Shown: in pieces, positions 1-8,591 of the stretch
How the letters are laid out: every line of letters begins with the position of its first letter
Numbering within the stretch: position 1 is the stretch's first letter
Assembly (NCBI GenBank): GCA_964426845.1
Contig: CAYRSA010000002.1
Coordinates: 34,495-98,494, forward strand
From: an uncultured Candidatus Saccharibacteria bacterium
Lineage (GTDB): Bacteria; Patescibacteriota; Saccharimonadia; Saccharimonadales; JAGQNJ01
Length of the DNA stretch: 64,000 bases
Reading direction: 5' to 3'
Notes under the pieces: model-generated
The model's database searches: none
Seen by the model: only the letters and a program-made list of their open reading frames with translations
What the model was told of the DNA's origin: nothing
Program-made: the position numbers and the translations under genes

Positions 1-1
1 C

Positions 2-274
2 GGTAAACCCTTGTCCGAACCGCTGGCTAAAAGCAAGCACTTTCCGGATATCGTGGCTCAAATGTTATCAGTTGGCGAAGAAAGCGGTCAAATCGACACC
101 ATTCTCATTAAAGTGGCTGACTTCTACGAAGAAGAGGTCGAGACCACCATTGACAGTATGGCTTCAATAATTGAGCCGATAATGATCATCGTCCTGGGGG
201 CTGTGGTTGGGGTAATCGCGGCCAGCGTCATGGGCCCCATCGCTAACCTCAGTAAGAACGTTGGTGGACAATAG
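2..274 (+). CDS. pilC: type IV pilus platform protein, PilC/GspF family, C-terminal fragment (5' end lies outside the window)
   Basis: The frame is open from the window edge. The sequence has a GspF-like C-terminus (SVGEESGQID...ADFYEEEV plus a terminal TM helix). It lies directly upstream of a pilin gene. Confidence 0.75.
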   Translation, partial: GKPLSEPLAKSKHFPDIVAQMLSVGEESGQIDTILIKVADFYEEEVETTIDSMASIIEPIMIIVLGAVVGVIAASVMGPIANLSKNVGGQ

Positions 275-287
275 CTAAAGAAAGCTC

Positions 288-315
288 TTGACCACTTGAC
301 GCTTATGGTTATAAT
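288..315 (+). promoter_or_regulatory. sigma70-type promoter for the pilin gene
   Basis: TTGACC (288-293), a 16-nt spacer, then TATAAT (310-315). An ~80-nt leader ends in the AAGGAGGG RBS. Confidence 0.55.
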
Positions 316-394
316 AGTACCCAGCAAAGCCTACCTCAATAAGGGTAGCTTAATGCAAAAACAATAAAGTAAATAAGAAGGAGGGTGGGTCCTA

Positions 395-838
395 ATGATC
401 TCACTTAAACGAAAAGAAAGCGGCTTCACAATTATCGAGCTCCTGATTGTGATTATCGTAATTGGAATTCTGGCGACGCTGGTTATAACCACGTTTAGCG
501 GAATCCAAAGAAACGCACGTAACCGAGCCCGAGAAGCCGACATTAACGCATTGCATAGCCAAATCGAGTACTACTATGGTCAAAATAGTAAGTACCCAAC
601 CTTGGCCAACCTAAATGATTCTGCATGGCGAGCAACTAACCTTAAGGGTCTAGATGCCGAAGCTTTGACAGATCCACAAGGTGCAGACGCTACTCTGGTT
701 AGTGCCCCAGCCGCTAGCGCTTACTCATACGCTGTTACTCCAGTCGATTGTAACAACGCTGGCACAGACTGTACTGCTTACGTATTGACCGCTACCTACG
801 AAGGTGGAGGCACATTCGTCAAGAACAGCTTAAACTAG
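395..838 (+). CDS. type IV pilin (prepilin N-terminal cleavage/methylation domain)
   Basis: The leader MISLKRKESG|FTIIELLIVI has G-1, F+1 and E+5. A strong RBS sits 8 nt upstream and a terminator follows. Confidence 0.9.
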   Translation: MISLKRKESGFTIIELLIVIIVIGILATLVITTFSGIQRNARNRAREADINALHSQIEYYYGQNSKYPTLANLNDSAWRATNLKGLDAEALTDPQGADATLVSAPAASAYSYAVTPVDCNNAGTDCTAYVLTATYEGGGTFVKNSLN

Positions 839-854
839 TAATAGTCAGCTAAAA

Positions 855-887
855 ACACGACCTCTAGCGCAAAAGAGGTCGTGTTTT
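855..887 (+). terminator. intrinsic terminator after the pilin gene
   Basis: Perfect 11-bp stem (acacgacctct / agaggtcgtgt), an 8-nt loop, then a T run. Confidence 0.75.
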
Positions 888-928
888 GCTATACTTAGAC
901 ATAAGCACTTTCAGCCGATAACCAGACT

Positions 929-1990
929 ATGGACAAAACACTTTTTTACCAAGACAAGCCCCTGTTCGGCCTTGATATTGGTTTTCGAACCGTCAAGGTG
1001 ATGCAAACCGAACACTCTGGCAAAAAACACTCCGTCACCGGCTATGGCATTACGTCCTTTGACCAAAATGCTGTTCAGAATGGGGTAATAGTTGACTTTG
1101 ATAGCATAGCGGCTAGCATCCATACGCTATTCTCTTCAGGCCTAACCGGCGAGATTTCGACAAGACGAGTAGCCGTGTCGGTGCCAGCTTCCAAAACCTT
1201 TAGCCGCATTTTGTCACTGCCTGTACTGGCCCAGAAGGATATCGCCGAAGCTGTCCGGCTAGAGGCCGAACAATATATACCGGTACCCATCGATGATTTA
1301 TACATTGATTTCATGATTATCAACAACGGTATCAAAACCATGGATGTGCTAGCCGTAGCCGTGCCCAGGAAGATCATCGACTCCTACGTAAAGCTGTGTG
1401 ACATTTTGGGCCTAGAACCCGTGGTCATGGAGACTACTACCGGTGCCACTAATCGCCTCTTCCGCTTTACCGACCAACACGACGTGCCAACGGTGCTGAT
1501 TGACTTTGGGGCGGTGGCCACCGATATCTCCATTTATGATAAGTACCTGGCTGTAACTGGAACTGTAGCCGGGGGTGGTGACGACATCACCGATTTAATA
1601 TCCGGTTCGCTAAGTGTCAAACCTCAAGAAGCCGAAATTATTAAGATCAAGTACGGCCTGGCCCTGAGCAAAAAACAACCGGAAATTGTAGCTGCAGTCG
1701 AACCACTACTGGAGAAGACTATCAAAGAAGTTCGGCGGATGATTCGATATTATGAGGAGCGCTCTGATAAACGGGGTAAGATCGAGCAAATTGTCACTTT
1801 TGGTGGGGCGGCTAATATGCCGGGTCTAAGCGAGTTCTTAATTGACCGTCTACGTGTGCCAGTACGGGCTTGCGACCCCTGGAATAGTATTGTTTTTAAG
1901 CACCTTCAGCCGCCTAACCCAATCGAGCAATCGCTATACATAACTGCCGCCAGCCTGGCCATTATCCAGCCGAAGGAAACCTTCTCATGA
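929..1990 (+). CDS. pilM: type IV pilus assembly protein PilM (actin-like ATPase fold)
   Basis: N-terminus FGLDIGFRTVKV and FGGAANMPGL, both typical of PilM/FtsA-like proteins. The 3' end overlaps pilN by 4 nt. Confidence 0.85.
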   Translation: MDKTLFYQDKPLFGLDIGFRTVKVMQTEHSGKKHSVTGYGITSFDQNAVQNGVIVDFDSIAASIHTLFSSGLTGEISTRRVAVSVPASKTFSRILSLPVLAQKDIAEAVRLEAEQYIPVPIDDLYIDFMIINNGIKTMDVLAVAVPRKIIDSYVKLCDILGLEPVVMETTTGATNRLFRFTDQHDVPTVLIDFGAVATDISIYDKYLAVTGTVAGGGDDITDLISGSLSVKPQEAEIIKIKYGLALSKKQPEIVAAVEPLLEKTIKEVRRMIRYYEERSDKRGKIEQIVTFGGAANMPGLSEFLIDRLRVPVRACDPWNSIVFKHLQPPNPIEQSLYITAASLAIIQPKETFS

Positions 1991-2577
1991 TTAATCTACT
2001 GCCTCCCGACACCAAGAAAACCGTTAAGTATGCGCGCTATAATTCTTTGTTACTACGAGCTTGCCTGGCTGTGATTGCCGTTATAGCTGGAGCCTTGCTA
2101 CTTCTAGGGGCTGGTCACTTCTACCTTAACTCTGCGACCAATCGCTACAAAAAAGATATAGCCGTTCTAAACACTTCATTGCAAGAACAAAAAATCGACC
2201 AAACCAAGAGCGAAATCCAAAGCCTGTCTGGCAGTGTCAACCTTGTTCTAAAAGTCTTGGCCACAGAGATCTTGTTTTCCAAGCTACTAAAGCAAGCCGG
2301 TGCGGTCATGCCGGCAGGCTCGTCGTTGTCATCTATTGAGATTACTGACGACCAAAAGGGTATCGATATTTCAGCCGGTGTTGACAATTACCAGGTCGGC
2401 ACCCAGGTTCAGGTTAACCTAGCCGATCCTAACAATAAACTATTTGATAAAGTTGACTTAGTCAGCGTTCAATGCAATACGGCCGGCACAAGTTCTTACC
2501 CCTGCGCAGCTCGTCTGAGAGCTTTGTTTGCAGACAACAGCCCCTACCTGTTCATTAATAATAAGGTGGGGCAGTAA
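1987..2577 (+). CDS. pilN: PilN-like pilus assembly protein
   Basis: Starts MINLLPP followed by a single TM helix. Coupled to pilM and pilO by start/stop overlaps. Confidence 0.7.
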   Translation: MINLLPPDTKKTVKYARYNSLLLRACLAVIAVIAGALLLLGAGHFYLNSATNRYKKDIAVLNTSLQEQKIDQTKSEIQSLSGSVNLVLKVLATEILFSKLLKQAGAVMPAGSSLSSIEITDDQKGIDISAGVDNYQVGTQVQVNLADPNNKLFDKVDLVSVQCNTAGTSSYPCAARLRALFADNSPYLFINNKVGQ

Positions 2578-3227
2578 TGAACAGCCGTAAATTTTACTTC
2601 GTAATGCTCGGTCTTTTTATCTTACTTGTTGGCGCTCTGGTAGTTACAGTCGTACTCGGCAATAATCATCTTAAGAAACAATCGGACGGTTTACTGGCCG
2701 CTAAGATCGATCAACGATCGCTCAACGAGCAGCAAACAGCTCTTGTTAAAGCTAAGAAAGATCTTGAAAAGTATAGCGACCTAAAGGATATTGCCCGGGC
2801 TATCGTACCTCAAGACAAAGACCAGGCCAAGGCTGTCCGAGAGATAGTCCGCTTGGCTGACGAGACCGGTGTTACTCTAGAATCAATAACCTTCGATGAC
2901 TCATCTTTGGGTCAAAAACCAGCTGCGCCAGTTGCCGCCCAAGGCGAAGGACAAACCGCCGCAACACCTACTGCCAAACCGGCCACTCCTCCCATCACAC
3001 AAGCCAAGCCAGTCGAAGGTATCCCCGGGGTCTATAGTCTGCCGATTGAGATTGTCTCAACTAAGAACAATAACCAATTCAATAACTTCATAAATTTCTT
3101 GGCTAAGATGGAAAACAACCGCCGAACTGCTCAAGTTGAGAAAGTTAGCATTACACCCGGTACCACTGCCAGCGGCCAGGAATACATTAACTTCACGTTA
3201 ACTGTAAATATCTTTGTAAAACCATGA
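2577..3227 (+). CDS. pilO: PilO-like pilus assembly protein
   Basis: N-terminal TM helix, a coiled-coil, and a Pro/Ala-rich linker. Occupies the position after pilN. Confidence 0.55.
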   Translation: MNSRKFYFVMLGLFILLVGALVVTVVLGNNHLKKQSDGLLAAKIDQRSLNEQQTALVKAKKDLEKYSDLKDIARAIVPQDKDQAKAVREIVRLADETGVTLESITFDDSSLGQKPAAPVAAQGEGQTAATPTAKPATPPITQAKPVEGIPGVYSLPIEIVSTKNNNQFNNFINFLAKMENNRRTAQVEKVSITPGTTASGQEYINFTLTVNIFVKP

Positions 3228-3523
3228 ATATAGATCTCAAAAACCTACCAGATAAATTGCTCGCCGGCGCCCAGTGGCTGAAGAAGTACGCCCTGTTTAT
3301 TTCAATTCTATTAGTGCTAGGCATATACCTGTTCTTGGTCTGGCAGATTCGCTATTACGCCTCAATCGAGCCGACAACTGCCGACGTCACCAATAAACTT
3401 AATGAACTAAACACACCTAAACTCGATCAGGACGCAGTCGATAAGATCCTTCTGTTAGAAGATCAGAATATTGATATCCAGACTCTCTTCAACGAAGCTC
3501 GTCAAAATCCCTTCCAGGAATAA
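3224..3523 (+). CDS. small membrane protein, last gene of the pil operon (function unknown)
   Basis: 4-nt overlap with pilO and one TM helix. Confidence 0.55.
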   Translation: MNIDLKNLPDKLLAGAQWLKKYALFISILLVLGIYLFLVWQIRYYASIEPTTADVTNKLNELNTPKLDQDAVDKILLLEDQNIDIQTLFNEARQNPFQE

Positions 3524-3526
3524 AAC

Positions 3527-4261
3527 CTAGTTTCCGTATTGCTTCAGGTTAGATTCGTGGGCATTAATAACAATCTTAGAGGTTTCGTACGGTTTCGGTA
3601 CAAAGGAAAAGGTGTAGTTTTGCTGCTCGCCAGCCGTCTCCACAACCAGGGTGCCATAGCCAACCAGATTGGGGAGGAAGCCGTTCTGCTGAACCGTGAC
3701 ATCCTGAACATCGCCGATACTAAGTTGGGATATCTTGCGGTTAAACAAGGTTATAAACAACACCTGAGCCAACTTTTCATTGGTTACAAACACCACATTA
3801 TTTCGGTACAGATGAGCATTGACTAGAGTGATCACTACCACAATGATTGCCAGAATAAATCCCGCAAATACTACTAGGGAGTTTAAGTCGCCGAAACCAA
3901 GCGTGTTCAAAAAGCCGGCCGCCGCCACGGCTGCTACGGCCGCAAATATGGCTAGGGCTATCAGGAAACCGGTTATCAAGATGATACAAAAGCCAAAAGG
4001 GTGTTTGCGTATTTCAGCCAGCAGGACCTCTTCATCGTCAAACTCAATCATATCAAAGTATTTCTTGCCGGTATGAGACAGGCGGTGCCTACCTTGGTCT
4101 GGTTCGGTTTTTGACTGAGCTCCGGCTGGGGGCGGCTGGGGCAAGATGGGATTTCGGGGCGTTTCTGGCTGAGGAGCCTGATAAGGAGCCGGCTGCTCGT
4201 CTACTGGCTCTATACTCGGCAAAGCCTCGTCCGGCAAATCAAATTGATCTTCAGGTTGCAT
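3527..4261 (-). CDS. membrane protein with a bacterial PH (bPH_2/YdbT-like) domain
   Basis: Pro-rich N-terminus, two TM helices, and a C-terminal FVTNEKL...GTLVVETAG pattern. Confidence 0.6.
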   Translation of the reverse strand: MQPEDQFDLPDEALPSIEPVDEQPAPYQAPQPETPRNPILPQPPPAGAQSKTEPDQGRHRLSHTGKKYFDMIEFDDEEVLLAEIRKHPFGFCIILITGFLIALAIFAAVAAVAAAGFLNTLGFGDLNSLVVFAGFILAIIVVVITLVNAHLYRNNVVFVTNEKLAQVLFITLFNRKISQLSIGDVQDVTVQQNGFLPNLVGYGTLVVETAGEQQNYTFSFVPKPYETSKIVINAHESNLKQYGN

Positions 4262-4272
4262 GTTACTGGCTA

Positions 4273-5310
4273 TTATACCAGTGTTTGTTGTTGGTCCGTA
4301 TCCTTTTTGGGCTTGGCCCGACCCAGGTGTCCATGAGCCTTAGAGGTGGTTTTGCGGCCCCGTGGAGTTCGTTCAATAAGTCCAATTTGCAACAAGTACG
4401 GTTCGTTGAAATCTTCAATGGTAGTTTTCTCTTCCGATGTCAGAGCCGCCAAGGTTTCCAGCCCCACTGGTCCACCTTTGTAATTGTCGATAATTGCTAC
4501 CAGCAGTCGCCGGTCCGACGGATCCAGACCCAGTTCATCAATCTCTAGTAGTTCCAGAGCTTTGTGACTGAGCGGCTCATCGATAAAACCGTCGCCGTTG
4601 ATGTCGGCGTAATCCCGCACACGTTTTAGCAGTCGGTTGGCAATCCGCGGCGTCAAGCGGGCTCGTTTGGCTAAATTCTTAGCGGCTTTGTCGTCAATCT
4701 TGATGTTTAAAATATTAGCCGAGCGTTTAATAATCGTGGCAATCTCGTCCGGTGTATAAAACTCTAGCCGATGAATCATGCCGAAACGGTCTCTCAAAGG
4801 TGCTGCCAATGAACCCGTCCTAGTGGTGGCGCCAATAATCGTAAATTTCGGCAAGTCCAGTCGCAGACTCTTAGCGCTTGGCCCCTTACCCAGCATTATA
4901 TCGAGCTTAAAATCTTCCATGGCGCTGTACAAGACTTCCTCTACCGATCTATGCAGTCTGTGAATTTCATCAATAAACAAAATGTCGCCGTCTTGAAGGT
5001 TAGTTAGCAAGCTGGCCAGGTCGCCGGCCCGCTCGATAGCCGGCCCGCTGGTAATCCGAATCTGAGCCCCCATCTCATGAGCAATCACACTAGCCAGTGT
5101 CGTCTTACCTAGCCCTGGCGGCCCATACAATAAGACGTGGTCAACCGGCTCGCCGCGTTTCTTGGCAGCATCGATAGCCAGCTGCAAGTTTTTCTTAATT
5201 CTTTGTTGGCCAATATAGTTTTTAAAGTCATGCGGTCGCAGTGTCACCTCGAATTCTTGCTCGACTTTGTCCTCCGGTTCGTCTGGTTGGGCTATGCGTT
5301 GTATGGCCAT
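4273..5310 (-). CDS. ruvB: Holliday junction helicase RuvB
   Basis: Walker A motif [17 protein letters not shown], and the RuvB C-terminal winged helix. Confidence 0.95.
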   Translation of the reverse strand: MAIQRIAQPDEPEDKVEQEFEVTLRPHDFKNYIGQQRIKKNLQLAIDAAKKRGEPVDHVLLYGPPGLGKTTLASVIAHEMGAQIRITSGPAIERAGDLASLLTNLQDGDILFIDEIHRLHRSVEEVLYSAMEDFKLDIMLGKGPSAKSLRLDLPKFTIIGATTRTGSLAAPLRDRFGMIHRLEFYTPDEIATIIKRSANILNIKIDDKAAKNLAKRARLTPRIANRLLKRVRDYADINGDGFIDEPLSHKALELLEIDELGLDPSDRRLLVAIIDNYKGGPVGLETLAALTSEEKTTIEDFNEPYLLQIGLIERTPRGRKTTSKAHGHLGRAKPKKDTDQQQTLV

Positions 5311-5889
5311 TTATTTTCCTTGCAGAGCCTGTTTAACTCGATCTTCGGTCGACAATTTTTTATCAACACCTTGCAGAGCCAACATGGCATCGGTGTGTTC
5401 ATAACCCAAAGCCACCAGGGCTTGGACGGCTTCATCACCTTGGTTAACGCCGCTACGCATGGCCACATCTTCGGCGCCCGAGCCCGCCACCACCCCAACC
5501 TTATCGCGTAGTTCAACGATGATTTGCTCGGCCGCTCGTTTGCCGACACCCTTAGCGGTTTGCAAGGTCTTAACCTCCCCCGAGGCAATCGCTGTCCGCA
5601 CATATTCTTCGTTGCCAATGTCTAGTACCGCCAAGGCTACTTTTGGACCAACATTCTTGACGCTCAACAACTGCTCAAATAACTCCTTGGTGGCCTGCTT
5701 GCGAAAACCAAACAAGTCATGCGAGGTTTCGCGGATGTGCTCATGAACAAAAACTTTAGCCTTCTCGCCTTTTACCAAGCTGGCAAAGTCATCGCTTGTT
5801 ACCAGTAAGCCATAACCGACACCGCCCACGTCCAGCACCACCGAGTCTAAAGACTTGGCGCTGACCATACCCTCGAGTGTCGCAATCAT
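5311..5889 (-). CDS. ruvA: Holliday junction DNA-binding protein RuvA
   Basis: MIATLEGMV...VLDVGGVGY OB fold, followed by HhH motifs (VKNVGPKVA, AKGVGKRAAE). Confidence 0.92.
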   Translation of the reverse strand: MIATLEGMVSAKSLDSVVLDVGGVGYGLLVTSDDFASLVKGEKAKVFVHEHIRETSHDLFGFRKQATKELFEQLLSVKNVGPKVALAVLDIGNEEYVRTAIASGEVKTLQTAKGVGKRAAEQIIVELRDKVGVVAGSGAEDVAMRSGVNQGDEAVQALVALGYEHTDAMLALQGVDKKLSTEDRVKQALQGK

Positions 5890-5896
5890 TACTATA

Positions 5897-6367
5897 TTAT
5901 CGCATATTCATCGAACAGGTGATAGCACAGGCCAGAGCGTCAGCCGCATCATCTGGCTTTGGAACCACCTTGAGTTTCAGTACAGTTCGGACCATTTCCT
6001 GGATCTGAGCTTTGGTAGCTTTGCCATACCCAGTTAAGCCTTGTTTGATCTGCATCGGTGTAAATTCGTAAAGTTCCATCTTGTGTTGCTTGCCAAGTAA
6101 AAGAACCACACCGCGGGCCTGAGAGACTGACATAGCCGTAGTAACATTCTTGGCAAAAAATAACTTTTCGACGGCCATGACTGACGGCTTGCACTCAGCA
6201 ATAACTTCGCTCAGTTCGTTAAAGATCGTCTCTAGACGATCGGAGTCAGCTTGGTGAACCGGCGTTTTAATCACGCCAGCGTCGACCAGCTTCAATTGGC
6301 CGTTCTCGACATCTATAACGCCAAAGCCCAAAATGCCAGTGCCGGGGTCGATTCCTAAAATTCTCAT
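5897..6367 (-). CDS. ruvC: crossover junction endodeoxyribonuclease RuvC
   Basis: MRILGIDPGTGILGFG N-terminus, and its position upstream of ruvA-ruvB. Confidence 0.92.
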   Translation of the reverse strand: MRILGIDPGTGILGFGVIDVENGQLKLVDAGVIKTPVHQADSDRLETIFNELSEVIAECKPSVMAVEKLFFAKNVTTAMSVSQARGVVLLLGKQHKMELYEFTPMQIKQGLTGYGKATKAQIQEMVRTVLKLKVVPKPDDAADALACAITCSMNMR

Positions 6368-6388
6368 GGTGTATATAAGTATACTGCA

Positions 6389-7792
6389 TCAAACTTCCTG
6401 ACCTCGGCGACTAAAGAAGTTCCCTATGCTATGGCGATACTCATAGATTGAATAGGCCAAGCCCAACAGGGCCACAATTCCCAATACGTAATAACTAACC
6501 TGTTTGCTGGCCGCTTTCGCCGGCTGAGCCATAGGGTTGGTACTTTTAGCCGAAGCCACGTTGCGGCAACGGTTGGTCTCGGGGTTGCGCTCTTGACCTT
6601 CCTTACATGCCGCCAAAGCACTTGCAGCAGCGGTGTCTTTTCTACAACGATTGGTTTCTGGGTTACGCACTTGGCCAGGATCGCAGGGCGTTAAACCGGC
6701 CTCAGTTTCGATATTGCGACAACGGTTGGTCTCCGGATTTCGGTATTTGCCGGCCGGACAGGCTTGCAGTTCGTCGTTTTTTGACTCCTCGCTCGTCGCT
6801 ACTAACATTAAACTAGCCGCGTTAGGCGATGGTACTAATCCTGCCTGCCATGTACCATCCACTAAAGCATAGGCCTTGTCATCTCCTAGATTTGCTGGGT
6901 AGCTAACGATTACTGAACCTGTGCTTGTCTCCAGCTCCACTTGCCCACCAGCCGAATTAGGCAGAGTCAAGCCGTAGAAAGCTCGGTAGGTCAGTGGTTC
7001 GATGGCGCCACTCAAAACTTGCTGAGCATTGCCGACTTTCAGGGTACAACCAGTCAAGTCTACGGGGCTGCTGGTCTCGTTGTATAGTTCGACAAATTCT
7101 TGACCGCTATCATCACCGGCTGGGTTGGGTAGAATCTCACTGATGATGATTCCTTGGCAACTTGACGAAGATGTGGGTTCGGGTTCCGGTTCGGGCTCGG
7201 GCATATAGACACCACCTCCCGTTGGCGTGGAGGGTCCTAATTGAAAGTCAACAAAATTGTTGTCGGTGTCCTGTAAGACCAGGGTCTCAGCAGAACCCTT
7301 GCGGGTCAGGCTGGGATTAGCCGTGCTTGGTATGGTTGCAGCCAGGCTCTCTGGGTCGACGGCTGGCCCCCAACCAAGCTTGTCAACCACCTCCCCCTCA
7401 GAGTTCAATAGCACTACGTGCCCCCCGGTTGTGGCCATGGTCGATGAGAAACACGGAAAATCAGCAACAGAACAAGCTGTTAGGTGATTAGTGCTGGCCA
7501 GCAGAGCATGTTGATGCCCTTTCAAGATTTCTGTCAAAGCTACACTGCGGTTCAAGGCATTGTTGGAAGAGCGCATTTGCACCACCCAGCCCTCGATAGA
7601 AACGTCTGCAGAACTATTGTTATACAACTCAATGAATTCTTGGCTGGCGTTGTCGGCTTCGGTTGAAACTTCGCTGATAACCACATTTGGGCTAGCCGCC
7701 AAGACTTCAGGCAAGAATACTAAAACTTGAAGCAAAGGCAACAGGAAAGCAACAGAGATCAGGCTGGTAATTCGGAAATACTTTTGGGTCAT
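6389..7792 (-). CDS. secreted, membrane-anchored protein with two lamin-tail domains and three Cys-x5-RNPETNRC-R repeats
   Basis: Signal peptide; two copies of ISE(V/I)...EF(I/V)ELYN (LTD signature); a PEPEPEPEP linker; three RNPETNRCR repeats; a C-terminal TM helix. Confidence 0.8.
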   Translation of the reverse strand: MTQKYFRITSLISVAFLLPLLQVLVFLPEVLAASPNVVISEVSTEADNASQEFIELYNNSSADVSIEGWVVQMRSSNNALNRSVALTEILKGHQHALLASTNHLTACSVADFPCFSSTMATTGGHVVLLNSEGEVVDKLGWGPAVDPESLAATIPSTANPSLTRKGSAETLVLQDTDNNFVDFQLGPSTPTGGGVYMPEPEPEPEPTSSSSCQGIIISEILPNPAGDDSGQEFVELYNETSSPVDLTGCTLKVGNAQQVLSGAIEPLTYRAFYGLTLPNSAGGQVELETSTGSVIVSYPANLGDDKAYALVDGTWQAGLVPSPNAASLMLVATSEESKNDELQACPAGKYRNPETNRCRNIETEAGLTPCDPGQVRNPETNRCRKDTAAASALAACKEGQERNPETNRCRNVASAKSTNPMAQPAKAASKQVSYYVLGIVALLGLAYSIYEYRHSIGNFFSRRGQEV

Positions 7793-7798
7793 GCCCCG

Positions 7799-7828
7799 AT
7801 ACTAACGCTCGAATATTTGACATGTCAA
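7799..7828 (-). promoter_or_regulatory. promoter of the LTD gene (apparently leaderless)
   Basis: On the minus strand: TTGACA (7828-7823), an 18-nt spacer, TAGTAT (7804-7799), then 6 nt to the ATG at 7792. The -35 lies inside the palindrome TTGACATGTCAA. Confidence 0.5.
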
Positions 7829-7883
7829 AAGAAAGTGGTTTTGGTTAATCTTGGTTTAATACGTCTTAAATCGGGCTTAAACT

Positions 7884-8591
7884 TTAGCCGAAATTGGTGT
7901 GCGTGTTGGTAACATCGTCCAGCTCGTCCAGGGCATCCATCAAGCGCATAATCTTGCCCAAGGTAGTCTCGTCTTCTACATTAACTGTGTTGTTGGGCAC
8001 GAAGGTCAGCTCGGCTTCGGTAATTTCCAGACCGGCCTCCTGCAGGGCCGTCCGCACTTTGGCTAAGTCCTTGGGATCAGTGTAGACTACCGTCTCGCCG
8101 TCTTCCTCGATAGCGTCTTCGGCTCCAGCGTCTAAAACCTGTAGTAGCAAATCTTCACCGACTCCCTTGACGCGAATGACTCCTTTGCGGTCAAACTGAA
8201 AAGCCACGGCACCCTTCTCGGCCATGTTGCCGCCGTGCTTAGAAAAAGCCAGCCGCACTTCTGGATAGGTCCGGTTCAAGTTATCGGTTGCGCATTCCAC
8301 TAAGATCGCCACGCCGCCCGGACCATAACCCTCGTACATGACTTCTTGAATTTGCTCGCCACCCAGCTTGCCACTACCGCGGTCAATGGATCTTTGAATA
8401 TTGGCATTGGGCATATTAGCGGCCTTGGCCCGATCGACGGCCAAGCGCAGGGCAAAGTTCATATCGGGATCGGCGCCCGCCCGCGCGGCAATAGCAATGG
8501 CATTACCGAGTTTGGTAAACACCGCTCCACGAGCCGCATCTTTAGCTCCCTTTTGGCGTTTAATTGTTGACCACTTGCTGTGTCCGGACAT
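7884..8591 (-). CDS. yebC: YebC/PmpR family DNA-binding regulator
   Basis: MSGHSKWSTIKRQK N-terminus and full-length family pattern. Confidence 0.92.
   Translation of the reverse strand: MSGHSKWSTIKRQKGAKDAARGAVFTKLGNAIAIAARAGADPDMNFALRLAVDRAKAANMPNANIQRSIDRGSGKLGGEQIQEVMYEGYGPGGVAILVECATDNLNRTYPEVRLAFSKHGGNMAEKGAVAFQFDRKGVIRVKGVGEDLLLQVLDAGAEDAIEEDGETVVYTDPKDLAKVRTALQEAGLEITEAELTFVPNNTVNVEDETTLGKIMRLMDALDELDDVTNTHTNFG

Noticed and set aside
7165-7200. GGTTC/GGGTTC-type short tandem repeat
   Set aside because: It is the in-frame PEPEPEPEP linker of the LTD protein. It is not a CRISPR array or a phase-variation tract of homopolymeric type.
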